A DNA stretch of 62,833 nt, counting the filler, from Sluysia triapertura (Eukaryota): assembly GCA_046118255.1 (NCBI GenBank). It is 5 parts of 5 records of this genome, joined end to end, with 100 filler letters (N's around TTAATTAATTAA, not from the genome) between each part and the next. Parts side by side here need not be neighbours in the genome. Positions count along the whole stretch, not along the records: positions 1 to 10,938 come from JBJNIA010191218.1; positions 11,039 to 22,275 come from JBJNIA010186935.1; 3 more parts are not named here. One strand, 5' to 3'. Positions 1 through 15,000 of the stretch are shown here, piece after piece; position 1 is the first letter of the stretch; each line of letters starts with the position of its first letter. The notes under the pieces are model-generated. The model was not told the origin of the DNA and did not search any database. It saw only the letters and a list, made by a program, of their open reading frames with translations. A program made the position numbers and the translations under genes.

Positions 1-2
1 TA

Positions 3-45
<43 letters not shown>

Positions 46-76
46 TAATTAATTAATTAATTAATTAATTAATTAA
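1..76. repeat. (ATT)n followed by (TTAA)n microsatellite
   Basis: Directly visible tandem repeats. Confidence 0.95.
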
Positions 77-513
77 TATTGATCATAAATATAATCATAA
101 TTCTAAATTTTTATTTTATTAAAATGATTAGAATATTAGAATATTAAAATATTAGAATCATTTTATTGTATTTATTTTATTTTATTATTTTGAAATTTAT
201 ACGGAAAAATCAGTAATAAATTTTGAAAAAGTATATTCTGAATTCGATTAAACTATTTTGTTAAAATAAAATTTTTATTAAATGATTGCTGATTTTAATA
301 AACTTTTGTCTCAAATGGAAAAATATAATTCACATTACGATAAGCAAATGTCTGCAAAATTATAAACAATAAGTTTTACTTGCAAAATCAAAAATAAACT
401 TCTCCAAATAAATATTTTTATTAAATATTTTTATTGTTGAAATTATATTTTTTTTTAATTTCATATGTACTTACATAAACTTAATTAAAGAAATAAAATT
501 ATTTATATTTCAG

Positions 514-681
514 TATTGCCACCAGTGCTCGTTCCAAGACACAGTGAATATCCTTCTTTTACATCTGCTATTAACTCAATATGCCCCATTCCAGACCCTT
601 TAATGCCATTTAACGTGACATATCCCAACGGTTTCAGTTCATCAAAATCTACCAGTAATTTATCCGAACAATCATTTTTAG
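514..681 (+). CDS. SMAD1: Internal exon of a BMP-type R-SMAD (SMAD1/5/8, Mad): end of MH1 and linker
   Basis: cag acceptor at 511-513 and gt donor at 682. Translates (V)LPPVLVPRHSEYPSFTSAINSICPIPDPLMPFNVTYPNGFSSSKSTSNLSEQSFL. LPPVLVPRHSEY and PxMPxNxT/S are hallmark SMAD1/5/8/Mad motifs after MH1. No other exons were found in this contig. Confidence 0.88.
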
Positions 682-3600
682 GTTAATTTCCCTATATCTC
701 ATACATTATTTAAATAAAATAATTTATAATTTATAATACAAAATCAAGAAAATTAAATTTTAATGTATTATTTAAAATTTTAATTTAATGTAATTTTAAA
801 AATGTGAAATTAATGACTATTTTATTATTTTGCTGATGTTATATTATTATTATTTCATTATTTTAGTGAGGGCGTTATTTTTATCATAAAATTTGAGGAA
901 ACTTTATGGTGAAACATTAACAAAATATTACTATTTAGCTTTTTTAAAATAGATATAAAAAATTTTAATTGTAAAAACATTTTAAACTCAATTCTAAAAT
1001 TTTTGAAACAAAAATATTACACAAATCAACGTATTTTTTATTAAAGTTAATAACAAAAAAATATAATATAAAACATACAATTATGTGCATACTTTGCACT
1101 AGACATTCATAACTTGATGAAGGCATAATTTTCAATAAAAACAAGAATAGTATCATGCTTTAATTTCTTTTTCAACATTCCTTCATGTTCCATTCTAGCA
1201 TCATAAGAACGAGTCCTTTTTTACTTCAGATTCAGGAGTACATTTAGCACAAATAGAATGTCGTTTAACTGATGATCAAGCATAATTTTATTAAAAATAT
1301 TCATTGTACATATTCTGTTGATTTTATTTTTCAGCATAACATTAATAATTAATTATTTTATTATGCCTGAAATAACAAAAAGTATACAAACAAAATAAAA
1401 CCAAGAAACATACAAATCAAAAAGCAGAACGATTAAAATAATTATTCTAATTATTTCATCTACTTACATTTGTAAACAACATATTTCTTATTAAAATATA
1501 TTTTACAATTCATGAGCATAAATTATATCATCTATCACAATTAAAACTACAATCTGCTGGATCTTGAAACAAAAAATCAGCATTCAAAATTTAATTACAT
1601 AATAAATTTTTAATGTGTTAATTAATTTTTGAGTAACTAGACTGATCAAATTAATTTTTCATACCAGCTTTTAAAATATCTTCTAGTGTGGCTATAAAAG
1701 GATGTCTGTGTTGCGACAGTGCGGAACGAATAATTAATTAAGAAATGCTTTCATTTAATCGCAACGAATTGACCCATTAGATTGGATGAATTGGTTTTTG
1801 AAGAGCATATCTTATACCTTGTTTGACTAACATTTCCTCAGTTTCTCGTGTGCTTTCGTTCTCACTTTCAACTTTCATTGATGTACATAGCTTCACGCAT
1901 CTTCTGGTCGTGCATTGCATAGATATAGTTTCCTCCAACAATTATATTGTTTAGCTTTTGTGTTGACTGTGACGGCTATGAGGTATATTGTATAGCACCA
2001 CCTAAAACTGGGTCATTTGATAGAAAATCTTAACATACGATGTCATTGGTTGAATTAGGACTAACAATAGTATTTCGATTATAAGGGAACCCGGAATTAA
2101 GAGAAAAACTTGCTGGCGAAAAGGATGCAGAAGGGTCAGATGTTCCTGGAAGATATTTTGATTCTCTTCATTTTTGTGATGGTGAACTCTCACACTATTG
2201 GATACAAAACTGCTCAAATTGTTTTCATTTATTAACGTTGAAGAATAGGCGAAACGTGTCTTCTATATCGTGTCGAATTTTGATTAAAAGGTAATAAAAC
2301 ATATTTGGGAGAACTTGTTCAAGCGATATAACTTTATCGACTATGAGATTTTGTAGTTTTTAGAAGATTCAATTAAAGCATGTGTCGATTTTTTACATAT
2401 TAATAACTACACTGTAATAAAACGTAGAAGGAAAAATGAATAATAAACATACATACAAAGGTGCACAGATATACATACATAAATGCATACAAGCAAAAAG
2501 AAAAAAAAGATAATATACAGTAATTTTGATAATAATAAAATTATAAAATTAATGTATGGTTCCATACAATTATCATTAACATTATTTTTTTCTTGTTTTA
2601 TTATTTTGGATTCTTAAATTAAATCGCAATAAAAGTCATGCGATGATAGTAAGTTTATAAATTTGCATTAAAACATTCCCTCCCAAAGCTGATTTCGCTC
2701 GGACACATGGTTTAGTATAGTTGTAGTAGCAGTTGAATGTTGTGTATTGATAAAAGTGAAAGTATTAAATTTATATTTGGTATTAAATTATAAATCGATT
2801 GTTTTAGTTTTTTGAGTTATAGAGGGATGATAGTATCTTATAAGTATATATTATTTATACGCCTGCAAATTTAAATAAATACAAGTAATTTTGAGTAACA
2901 AATAAATTAACACAAAATACTAAATGAAAAAAGTAGCAGTCGTAGGCGTCTAAGGTATACTAGACTGGTGCATATGAACCATTTTTATCTTTTTTCATAT
3001 CAATAATTCTGTCAATAATACAGTAGATTAAATATTTCTCATCATTCTTGTGACATCAGTTTTATCATTAATTTTTATATATGAATGTTCTGGAATTATA
3101 TTTTGTGCGTTGAATTTGTTTATTAGTGACGCTACATCTTCTCTTTTTATCTCTAATAAAATAGCACCCCTGGGTTGTCAGCATTTTTGCACGTGATTTG
3201 AATTTGTAAATTATATCTTTTAAAAGTACATATCATATGAATGAAGAATTCTATGCTTTTTGTATATTTCACATATTGATTTTTCACTTTTCTAAATGAA
3301 TTGATTAGATTATCTAATGTATTCGTAACGGGCGAAAATTTTGGTCTAGCTTTCGATGACGATTTTGGCGAGCCGGCTAATTTTGCTAAAATTGCAATTG
3401 CGTCCTCAACTTGTACATAAGTCATTAGTAATATGCTTCAACATAAATCATTTCGTCATTTTAGTAAATATTTTCTCGCATTATGTGATTAAAAGCAGCA
3501 TTCAGTATAATAATTCCCATCCAATAAAAGAAATAAACTCTCAATTATAGATAAGGCGTAATAGTTGTAATTCTAAAACAATTTGCTGTGTATATAAATC

Positions 3601-5443
3601 TGTCTACTTAGATGATTTTTCATTGAATGAATTAATCATTTAATATTTTCAACAAATGCTGACACGCATACCATAATCCTTTTAAGTTGGAAAATATTTA
3701 TTGGACCAGAAAACCAAAATCATACGGATGCCACTTGTATGAGGATATAAGAACAATTAATACCAATTCACATATTTTACATTTTTAAATGCATTCACCA
3801 AATTTCCTAACAGATATGAATACCAACAACTTTTCGGAGGTGTTGTTCTAAAAGCAGTTATATTTTATCACTATTATTAATATATTGTTACTTAATAATT
3901 TTTAAAATATTGTTAATGAAAGAGAATGATGAACTTGGGAATATTTGAATCATAATGAATATTTGAAAATCTGAATGCTGAATTGAAAATATTATGTTTA
4001 AATAAAATAATTATATAATTATACTTGAATAAAATGATAATGATGGTGAGCCACAATGTTCATGTTTATGTTTTTTGACATGTTAATGACTGATGTTTTG
4101 TTTGAATAAAATGTTGATAAAATGATGTTAATAAAAATATTTATAATTGTGAGCCAAATACTGAGCTAACGTTAAAATAATATAATGGAATTTATAATAC
4201 ATTGGTGAGGTTTATAGTGCATTGAATGTATAAGCGAAACTTTACTAGTGAAATTTTATTAATAGTAAAATTTGTCTGTACAATAAAATAAAGTTTGTAG
4301 AGTATCGTACATAAATTTTTGTAATAATTTTACAGAATTTGTTATTGTACATAGAATTTATCTGCATATTTTCCGAAACATATAAATGTAGAGAAATAAA
4401 ATAAAAAAATGCTAATTTTGAAAATTTTTTTGTTAAAAATTCAAAAGGTCAGATCTACAATAAAGTTTGTTAATATATTGTCTCCGACAAGAGCACAATA
4501 TTCGCATCAATCCGGTCAATTCTAATATCTTGGTGCTAGTGAACTCACATTCGATTTTTGCGATTATTATTTTACAAAATGCAAGTAATTTTTCATTATA
4601 TAAATTGTACAAATTTAATTTTTAAATAAATTATGTGTCACATTAAAATCTTGTTATCGTTTAAAATATATTTAGTATTTAGCGTATATTTAAATTAAAA
4701 TCTTTTAAAAATACTTTAAAATTAGTTTTATAACATTCGGCTTAAAGCCGTAGAGACGTTGGTTATTGTTAATTTATGAACTAAGATCGTAATAAACAAT
4801 TTAATTGCGAAAAAAACTGTTGTCCTGTTTAATTTCATTATTATCTACATTGCTGAAGTAGTTGCGTCAAGGATAAAATGTGATTTAAAGTCCATGTTTA
4901 TCACAAAATTTAAAATTTTTTAAATTAGAATTCGGCTGAAGGCCTGAAAACATGATTGAAAAATCGAAATAAAAACTGTTCGCATTTATTGAACTAGAAT
5001 AAAATATGTAAACAAAAATCTTACAGTGTATCTTGATGTTAAAGGAGAAATCAAAATGAGAAATAGATCTTTTAATAAAGACTTAAAATCAAAGGTATCA
5101 GATGCAATGATTGTTCTTATTTTACATTGAATACTGCGGCGCTTTCTTCCAAGAAAATCTTTTCAATCAAAGTTGACATTTATTGTGAATAGTAATCTAT
5201 AACTGTCTTTAATTTCGTATGGCTGAATAATGATTGATTATAAAACAAATTAGCCTGAAGGCATTTACTATCTTCAACAGTTAATTTTAAGTCATCTATT
5301 TCGATAAACACTGTCGACATAATTGTCTAATTTTATTTGAAATCCTAAAAAATAATAATTTATGCTTTTTGCAATAACCCAAGTTGTTATTTCTCGACAG
5401 CCATAAAAATAATAAATAAAATCTTGAAATCCATAAATATAAT

Positions 5444-5934
5444 CTATTTTACTTTTATAAAATAATACGAATAATAGATCGGATCGCTACTATATAAACC
5501 ATACAACTTAGATGCTTTAAAATGGACATTTTTGGAATATTCAAAAAATACAAAATCGATAAATTTTGAACATCTACTTCTTGGGAAATAAATATTTTTT
5601 AAATCATCAAAAGATTTTGGTAACTTGAAATCACATTGTTCAAGTGTCATTGAATTAATCACTTCTGATTCCTGCGCAAGGAAACAAAAAGCTTTGAATC
5701 ACCAGCTTTCCCAACTCTGGTTGTACTCTTAACTCTATGAACACGATTATGACAATCCCTTAGCACATCATATTGAATAAACCAATCAAGAACATGACTA
5801 TCAACACCTGTGCGAAGTAAAACAGAGCCACTATTGTTTTCACAACTTTGTACAAAGCTTCTTAAATTATATGAACGTACATTTTGATACATTTTACTAT
5901 GAAGAACCAAAAAATGCATAGTTTTCAAAAACAC
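5444..5934 (-). pseudogene. Decayed DEAD-box RNA helicase C-terminal domain fragment (DDX31/Dbp7-like)
   Basis: FLVLHSKMYQNVRS...GSVLLRTGVDSHVLDWFIQYDVLRDCHNRVHRVKSTTRVGKAGDS aligns with helicase motifs IVa-VI (FxxLHGxMxQxxR...VLLCTDVAARGLD..VxWxxQY......YxHRxGRTARxGxxG), but motif V and HRxGRTAR are degraded. A frameshift near 5660-5700 continues as FLAQESEVINSM. Confidence 0.6.
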
Positions 5935-8166
5935 TTTCCTTTTTATTTTTTATAACCAAAAATCATAAACTTCATAAATAGGACAAACTCAATAATATCT
6001 CCAAAAATAATTTAATTTGATTTTTTTAATGTAAAAAATCATAAATATCCATCTTCAAACATTACATATAATAGAGAAATGATATGTGATCTTATAAAAT
6101 ATATAATTACAGTAAAAATATAATATGCGTGTTTTATAAACATATAACTAAATAAACCCGAAACAAAAAATGTGGAACCTGTTAACGAAATATCAAGAAA
6201 TATGAAGCTTAGAAAATTAGAAAATCTATAAACAGTGACTGATTTTATAGTATAACCAGCAATATCCAAAAAGCAGTTTTTGTTATATAAGAATCAACGA
6301 CAGTCTTAATATTTGTATCAAATTTGAATTTAAGACTCTGTCCTAATCAGATGAAAGATGGAACAGTAAAAATAAACTTTATTATTTTGTTATCTTATAA
6401 GAGCAGCTTTTTTATAATAACGTAATAAGATGCTTTACTTTCGCAGACTTTCCATATTTTGATTATAGTGATAAAAATATAAAACATCTAATATTAATTA
6501 GCAAAAAAGATACAAAAGTAGAATGTGTGAGGGAGGCGATACTGGGAAAACACAATCTTGATATTAAAACAATTAATTGTTGCAAATTTATATATTAATG
6601 ATTTTATTATGGGTTTTGAGATATTTGTTAGATGTGATGAGAATTTGTGAATGTGAGTGGTAATAGAAATACCACAGTCTCTATCATACTAATGGTATTG
6701 TTAGAATAAAATAAAGTTGTGTGATTTACGTGTTCTAAAAGCTGAAACTTGATCTTATCTTTTATTTTTATCTGCTTCTAGAGTACTGAACTTAAATTTA
6801 TGGTAATTGTTTTCTAACCCTTGTTATAATAAACTGGAGGTTATAGTTCACTCGTTCTTGTTTGATTAAATTAAAGTTCAATTTATGTTCTTTTCATTTA
6901 AAATAAAACGAAGAAAATTAAATTAATTAGTACTCAATATAGAAATGAACTCAATATAGCACTTGACGGATTCAAATAAAGTTATTTATAAAATAATTTT
7001 GACAAAATTTAGCTTATGAAAATGCAATGCAAATAGTACCACATGTAACTACTGATTTTACGTTATAGATTTGTATAAAAGGAATTTTTATTAATTCAGA
7101 TGTTATTCTAACGATAAATATTAATCAAAACCAATTATAAAGGTTAGAGCTTCCGAAATTAATGTTAATCAGAAAATTATCAATTAAATACCTTTTCTCG
7201 AACAAACATTTAAGGAGATTCTTCAATGGGCTTCGATGAATTGTAATAATATCTTCAATAAATTGTAATTATATTTTCAATGTCTATTTATACTTTTCTT
7301 TTTTATAGCTTCGATAGTCTCTTTGAATTATTATTTTATTATTATATCCAGTAATGGTAATAAATGAAAAGAATAGATTAGATTTACTTTAAAATTTTAT
7401 AAATTAACTATATTAAAGTTTATAAATATTATTTAAATTTTTCTGCAATTTGTTTACCATCTTAAGGTTAAAGTTTGGTGACTGAGATGTGTGAATCGAT
7501 GTGGTGTGATGTAATGTTCGCAAAACATGCTATGATATGTGCTCAAGATGGAGTTTATGTATCTGTATGTGGTTTAAGTAAAATAATAAATGATAAATGA
7601 TTGGACTATAACATAAGACTTTCTAAGGAATTTAAAATAATAATTTGTGACAGTAATTTAGCACTTCCATCTTTAAGAACAGAGACGAAGATTGAACTCA
7701 ATCTCCAAATTAAAATTACAAAAGAAAACTTGTGACTAATAAGAATAGAGATAAAGAAGTCTAATTTTAAGAAAGAGACTGGTAAACGAATTAGTAAAAG
7801 AATCATTTGATTAATAGTTAAATTTCAGAAATTAGTTATTAAAAGAATTGCAAAGAATAAGTGTTGATTAATTTGTAATCTTTAAAGAGACATAAAGTTA
7901 AAGTTCACAATAATTATATGTAATTAAAGTGTTATTACTAGAGTTACAAGTTTATGCGAGAGTATTAAGCTACGAATCTTAGAATTTTGCACTATAATAA
8001 AAACTTGTAAGGTTTTTCTAGTAATAACAATAAAGAATAAATATTAAAGAGAATTGAGACATTTTATTCGAAATTTTACAATATTTATAATTATATTATC
8101 TTTGTTACTATTATTTTTATGATTATTTTATTGCTATTTAATTATTATTTTATTTTTATTATTTCA

Positions 8167-8218
<52 letters not shown>

Positions 8219-8227
8219 TTTATTATT
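8167..8227. repeat. (ATT)n microsatellite
   Basis: Directly visible. Confidence 0.95.
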
Positions 8228-9399
8228 TTTTTGTTTAAAAAATTTCTTGATTGGCTTCAAATAAAAATTTTGAAAAGAAATTAAAAAATTATGAAAACTT
8301 GAAATTCAGTTTGAAATTTATTTTCTTCAATAAATTAAAGTAATATTGAAATTAACGTAGAGTGGATAGCGCAATCACAGTTAGTTCAAAATATTATTGA
8401 CTTAGAATTATCATCATGAAACACTCAAAAACACTCTAGTAATAATGAATTTTCAAGTAATACAAATCAATCCAAGATCGTAATTTATCAGAAAGAGAAT
8501 TATTAAAATTTACGGTTATTGCAAATATTCTCTGTCAAATCGTATTTTGGATTTTGGAAGAAGTAATGATACTGATAGAAACAACCAGTCATCCAGCGGT
8601 TATTCAATACCGCTATTCTACCTTAGAGAAACAGAAACCTACTTCTAAATCTAAATGTATTTCATTTAGCAAGATGTTTTGGTAGCGTCAAAATAACTTT
8701 AGAATCGAAATTATTCTGATACTGTACCTATGTCATTTATTAACAAGACCAAGTCGATAGCGACAATTTGAAATTATTTTAAAATTACTGATTGAATTTA
8801 AAGACTTTATGTTATTCGAACCAGCTTGTTTAATGTATTTTTTAAAATTTTAGATTTAAAAGAGTTAAAGATTAGACACAAAAAGGGTCAAGCGATATTT
8901 GAATATATTTTAAACCGCAAAAATTGAAATATTTGTATGTTTTAATGTAATCTGCTTAAATTGCCAATTTACTAAGATGAAAGTGTCTTGTTTAATGTGT
9001 GTACGTAAACTGTCAGAGTATATAATTAAGTGCTTCGTATTGGAAGAATTACTAGTAGTATGTGAACCTACTGTTTTAGTGTCTTTAAAACATTTCTATT
9101 ATTTGGTCTCTTCAAAACATTTTTCTTATAGAATGCCTTTAAAACATTTTTATTATTCCGTAAAATTTAAATGTTAAATATATGCCGTCTTCAATTATTT
9201 GTTTTTTTACTGTTATAATGGTAATCTATGTTTCGACACTTATTTGATTAATGATTATTTAATTCATTCTTGATCTAATAAATTAATGCAGGGACTTAAG
9301 TCCTTCTTTCTTTGTAATTCGAATTTAAATTTAATTTTAAATTATCTCAAAATTTTCGATATTTGTTACCATTACGCCAAACGGCCATTATAATGATAA

Positions 9400-9438
9400 A
9401 GATGATGATGATTATTATTATTATTATTATTATTATTG

Positions 9439-9462
<24 letters not shown>
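9400..9462. repeat. Compound (GAT)n(ATT)n(GTT)n microsatellite
   Basis: Directly visible; explains the poly-T/poly-I tract of ORF 9347..9814. Confidence 0.95.
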
Positions 9463-9470
<8 letters not shown>

Positions 9471-10866
9471 TTAAATTTATTATAATTAAACAACTTGCAA
9501 CCAAAATCTTTTGAAGAGTAACTCTGTAAATTAAATAGTTGAGTAAAGATTGAATCACAGGGCATAACGAAGTACTCAATATACTGTATTCGTTTAAAAA
9601 GTGAGAGTTGATTACGAATATGTTTTAAGATAAATGATCTTAAATGTAAAGGGAATGTTGTAAATTGAATATTTGAATAAATAAAAATGGCTTGAAACCG
9701 TGGTGTGAGAAATTTCGTGAATTGTGATATGTTTAGCTTGTAGTTTTGTTCTAATTTTCTTATACTAAGAACTATATAATAAAATTGTGAATTTGATTTT
9801 GAGCCACCACACAACCTTTTGACTTATTGGTTTGACTTATTGGTCATCAATTACTCTCACGTAGCTAGAAAGACTTTTTATTAAAGCAAATGAGTCTTTA
9901 AGAGGCAGTTTAATCAGATGTAGCATACACGTTCTACCGGAAAGATCGTTACGATCTTTGCTACGAAAACGCAATGGTACCACTTTTATGCCAAGCATTT
10001 ACAGGAATTCCCTTAGCTACCAAACATTTTAATGAAGCTTTGGAATTCAATACTTGTAAATTCCGTTGGTCAATAAAATCCACTTCCAATAACAGTAAGT
10101 TCGTGTGATTCTAGGAATGTTATTCGAAACATATTTATGATTCATTTTTCATTGATTCGCAACTTACTTCGTAAAAAAGTTAGTAAGAGAGCTAGTAAAT
10201 TCATTTTCGGAAGAGAAATGGATTGAATAGTCCAAAATTTACGCGTATGAAGAACTTTTAACGTATTTCGTACATTTTTGCATTCTGAAAAGTCTATCGT
10301 TTTTTGATTTAGAATTTTTTAGCTTGAAACCAGAATCTTCTACATTCATGTTACATGAGACTTGGACTATTTATCTAAATCAACTTAGATGCCTTCAGAT
10401 CAATCGAACTCCTGATAAAAAGCTTTTTTTCACTTATTTAATCCTTTAAAAATTCAAGTCATTGATATTATGAATAATCTTTGCGACTAAACAAATGAAA
10501 ATTTCCCTATTAGTCCAGCAGCTACGTTAACACATTGAAGAATATTCAGAATAGTAAAAAGTTGATTTAGGATTTGCACTTTATTTCTTTCAAGCCGTAA
10601 CAAATAGAATTACAAAATTTTCAGCCTTGGTCATGTATTAAAATGGCTTCGTCAGTGAGAATTTATGCGATAAAACCAACAACATGAGTCTTATTTGAAT
10701 TTGGAGCAATACTTAATGCAGTTTTAAATGATGACAAGAAGCGTTAGAGTATTCATTATAAAATTAAATAAACGGTGATCAACGAAAATTCACTTTAAAA
10801 TTTATTCCAATATTATACAACAAATAATTAAAAATAGAAGACGGAACATTTTCTAAAGCTATATAC

Positions 10867-10867
<1 letters not shown>

Positions 10868-10938
<71 letters not shown>
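10868..10938. repeat. (AAT)n microsatellite at the contig end
   Basis: Runs into the N spacer; probably what broke the assembly. Confidence 0.95.
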
Positions 10939-11038
10939 NNNNNNNNNNNNNNNNNNNNNNNNNNNNNNNNNNNNNNNNNNNNTTAATTAATTAANNNNNN
11001 NNNNNNNNNNNNNNNNNNNNNNNNNNNNNNNNNNNNNN
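10939..11038. other. Artificial contig-joining spacer (44N-TTAATTAATTAA-44N)
   Basis: The identical 100-nt structure occurs four times; TTAATTAATTAA puts stops in all six frames. Confidence 0.97.
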
Positions 11039-11864
11039 CAGATATAGTTTAGATATTTCTTTACCACATAACATCTGTAGCACTTACAAGAAGACAAAAT
11101 CTGAAGAAAATTGACTCTCATCATTATTTTGGTCCAAAATCTAGTGGAGGGTGATTATTATATTGACTAAATACAGTCTGAGTTTTGTGTACAGGTTTTA
11201 TTGCTACTTATTTTTCCGTAATGATGTTTTCCTATCTAAATTCATTATAAATTCATTGTAAACTATTATTTGTTGAAGAGTTTTTTAATTTTAATAAACA
11301 TTGATTAATAAGTTCTATTTTAAATAAAACTTTTAAACCTGTAAATATATAAGGTAATTATTTCATTACATTAATAAAGTGGCAAAAATGCTTTATTTCA
11401 GTATAGAAAATATTAGAAATAATATGTTTTATATAATTACAATATTGATTGTTAAAAGTTAAAAATCTATGAATATATGTCTTCCATCGAACTTTAAATT
11501 AAAAGCAAAAATTAATCTGAAAACTAGTCAACTTTCTATTAAGACTTACACAAGACAATTACGTATGATAAAAGAAACATGCATTCCATAAAAGTTAGTA
11601 TATGTGAGTATATATTACATCTGCCTTACGTTATTATACAACAAAAATATCTTAGTAAAAAAAAATATTATTTAAAATAATGGATTTAATGTTTAAAAAA
11701 TGTTTGCTTTCTGTTTCAATAAAGACTGAACATTTTGGTACTACACTGTAGCATTCTTTTATTAATAAATTGAGTGTTAATGACATATTTGCAATATTAT
11801 GTTCATAAACTTTGTTATTCTGGAAACAGGTAAATAAGACACTGAGTACTGGTCGTCTAATTGT

Positions 11865-11867
<3 letters not shown>

Positions 11868-11946
<79 letters not shown>
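11868..11946. repeat. (ATT)n microsatellite
   Basis: Directly visible; explains poly-L ORF 11812..12066. Confidence 0.95.
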
Positions 11947-11947
<1 letters not shown>

Positions 11948-12066
11948 TTGACAGGAGTTACCACCTTTATTTGACTGGGTCAGAGATTTTTACGGGCAAT
12001 CTTTTTTTGGATATAATAGAAGGCGACCAAAAAAAGAGAAAAAACCTAAGAAATATACAAAAATAG

Positions 12067-15000
12067 TTCTAAACCGTAAAATAATGTATTACTGGGATGC
12101 CGCATATAAACCATGGTCTAATTGGAGCAAATGCAATCCGACAGACTGTGCAAAATCTAGATTTCGTGAATGTGTGGATGATTCTTGGAATCAAGAAGTA
12201 AAAAATTTCAAAGTAGAAATAAAATGTCCTTTTAAATTTTTACATGAACGTAAAAAATGTAATGATATTAAAGAATGTCAAATCAAAAGAGGTTACTTTT
12301 AATTAAAAGTTCAGTTATTTATAACTTTAAGTAGAATATTGTTTTTAAAAATAATAATAATTTTATTTAATTCAGTGAATTTAAATATAACTACTGGTGA
12401 AACTAAACGTTTGCCCAGTAATTGTGGTACACGACCTGAAAGTTTACAAACTAAGATTATAGGTGGGAAAATATCTATTGCTAATACTTGGCCCTGGCAT
12501 GTTAGTCATAATAATTAATAAAATATTCATTAAAAAATAATAAATATTTATTAAATAAAAAATAAAAAGTAAATGTAAAATCTTGTAATATTTGGATATT
12601 TAACAATTTTTTTCCTAAATGAGACATTAATACGTTGATTCCAGATAACATGAGTTCAGTATTTTCATGAATAGACCATCAGGATCTTCAAAAATGTGTT
12701 TAATGAGTCCCTCATGGTTATCAGGGAACTAATGTAACATCAGTATTGCATGTAGTGTTTGTTATATTTTGTATTAAATATCAAATCTTGATAATTATTT
12801 TTTAATTATTAATTCATTGTAACATTTTTATAAAAAAAATTATTTTCTCTTTTAGATATAGTAAAAATAGCATTACAATTATAAATTATTCTAAAAAAAA
12901 TTAAAATTATTTTAACTCAAGAAGATATACTTAACGCGCAGAAACGTATTAACACGGGCGTGCAAAACCAACCAAAATGTGCAGACCCGTATATATACGG
13001 TCGGCGTCGAAACTTATGTCACTAAAATGTTCAGATTCGAATATGTCCGGGCATGAAAAATAACTTAATAAAAACAAAGGAAAACATTCAAATATGTATT
13101 TTCTTAAATAAAAAAAATTGATTTTTTCGGTCGGTTTTTTTTAAAAATTGTGCATTAAGGGGTTAATAATACTTATCAATAATACTTGCTATAAATTTCT
13201 TATCAGGAATCAACATGTTTATTGATTATTTAGGTTGGTATATATATCAATGCGAGGTCAAAGTCTATTTATTTATGTGGTGGTACTCTTATTAATTCAG
13301 GTTGGGTAGTAACAGCTGCACATTGTATTTTATCATTACACACCATGAAAAAGTTGCCAATCGGTAAATTAATTGATACCCAATCTCTTGGATTAGAAAA
13401 TACATTTGAAATTGTAATTGGTGATCATGATAGACGATATAAAAAAATGCATGAAGTTGTCGCTTCAGTCACACACATGATATTCCATCCTAATTTTACA
13501 ATTGAATATGCAGCTCATGTTTATGATATTGCTTTGCTGAAATTTAGTGGAGAAGTACCGACATGTGAGTTAATATGTTTACAAATAGTTTATTTATCTT
13601 ATAATCAAATAAAAAAGTATGGAATTATAAATCCTTTATTCTTGATACGTTTCTATGACCTACTAAATCTTATTTTAATGCCACTGATGCTATCAGACAA
13701 CTTTTATTGCTTATATCTAGGTACACTAAATGAAATGGACCACTAATTGAACTATCTGCTTCATGTTTCAATATAACATCAGTTTTACGTGAATTTCGTA
13801 ATTGATGAATATTATGAATTATGATTATGGTTGAATTTAACAAGAATCGTGCAAATATTTTATAGGAAATTCTGGCAGAATTTAGTTCATTTTATTTCCA
13901 CAAATACCATATCACTGATCCGATGAAATACTTCTTTTAGTAATTCTAGGAAAAGTTTCTCAAAGATACTTGTCAATTACTTTATCTTTATGGCACAAAT
14001 GCTATTTTTAAATAATATGCAATAATTATCAGCAGAAAATAATAATCGGCTATAGTCTGATTCCAGATTTCATCATGTCAACTCCAAACTTACTTTACTG
14101 CAAAAAAGGACAGTTTCCGTAATTATGAACCCGGTGTCAGGGAGTTCACGTCTTAAATGAAGGTTAAAGCAGCTCTAAAATCTTAATTTGAATATTAACG
14201 GTCTTAGACTTTAATCGTAAAATGATATTTCGATATTTATTTCGATATTTATTTCTTATTTTTCTCTCGTATACTACAAATTTATTGTGCCTATTTTTTG
14301 TTTAAATTTATTAAAAATATTAATTAACGCTTTAAATGTCTCGTGATTTTTGGGAATAAGGTAACATAGGTTATGAAGTTGCATACGCATTTAATCGATA
14401 ATTAAATTTGAATAATAGGAGACTTGCAATAGCAAGATATAAACGAATAAAATAGTAAACTATTGTAATGTAATTAATACAATTAATTCGTTGATTGTAT
14501 TGAATTAGTTAACATGAAACAGAATATATATTCTCAGTAAAGATAATAATTAGATAAAGTAAGATAGGGTTTGAATTGTACGTTAATTAATATTATCAAT
14601 TTTACTTTGCGTCCACTACACGTAAGTCGCATACCGCATTTGAATCCTGTCAAATTTTATTTTTGCTGAACGCAAAGGATAGGAAAAACAACAACAAATA
14701 ATTAATTAACGGTTCATGAAATATTTCTAGAGTTTTTAAATAATCGTGAATAGAATTGCTTTTTAAATAAAATATTGCTTTTTGGTTCAGCGGATTCAAA
14801 TATATTTTGTGTAACCAGGCTGTATAACCCTAATAAGACTAATGACTTTTGCTTAATCACAAACATCTAAAGCAGTAATACTCATTGAAATAATAATAAT
14901 TTTTATTTATCTTGTTGTGTTTCGTTTCATACTAATTTTTATTCTATTTTATTTCAGAATATAAATTGTTAAAAGAAATAGTGTTAATCCTATAGTAGAA

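Noticed and set aside
6814-6825. Second CTAACCCT template-like motif
   Set aside because: No stem cluster or strand-biased G-U signal nearby; kept only as a caveat for the 45-kb candidate.
9850-10330. Possible integrase relic (PTEFTSIEFQSF) on the minus strand
   Set aside because: Only one short motif; no DDE triad recoverable.
11812-12066. Poly-Leu ORF (and poly-Thr/Ile ORF 9347..9814)
   Set aside because: Translations of ATT/GTT microsatellites.
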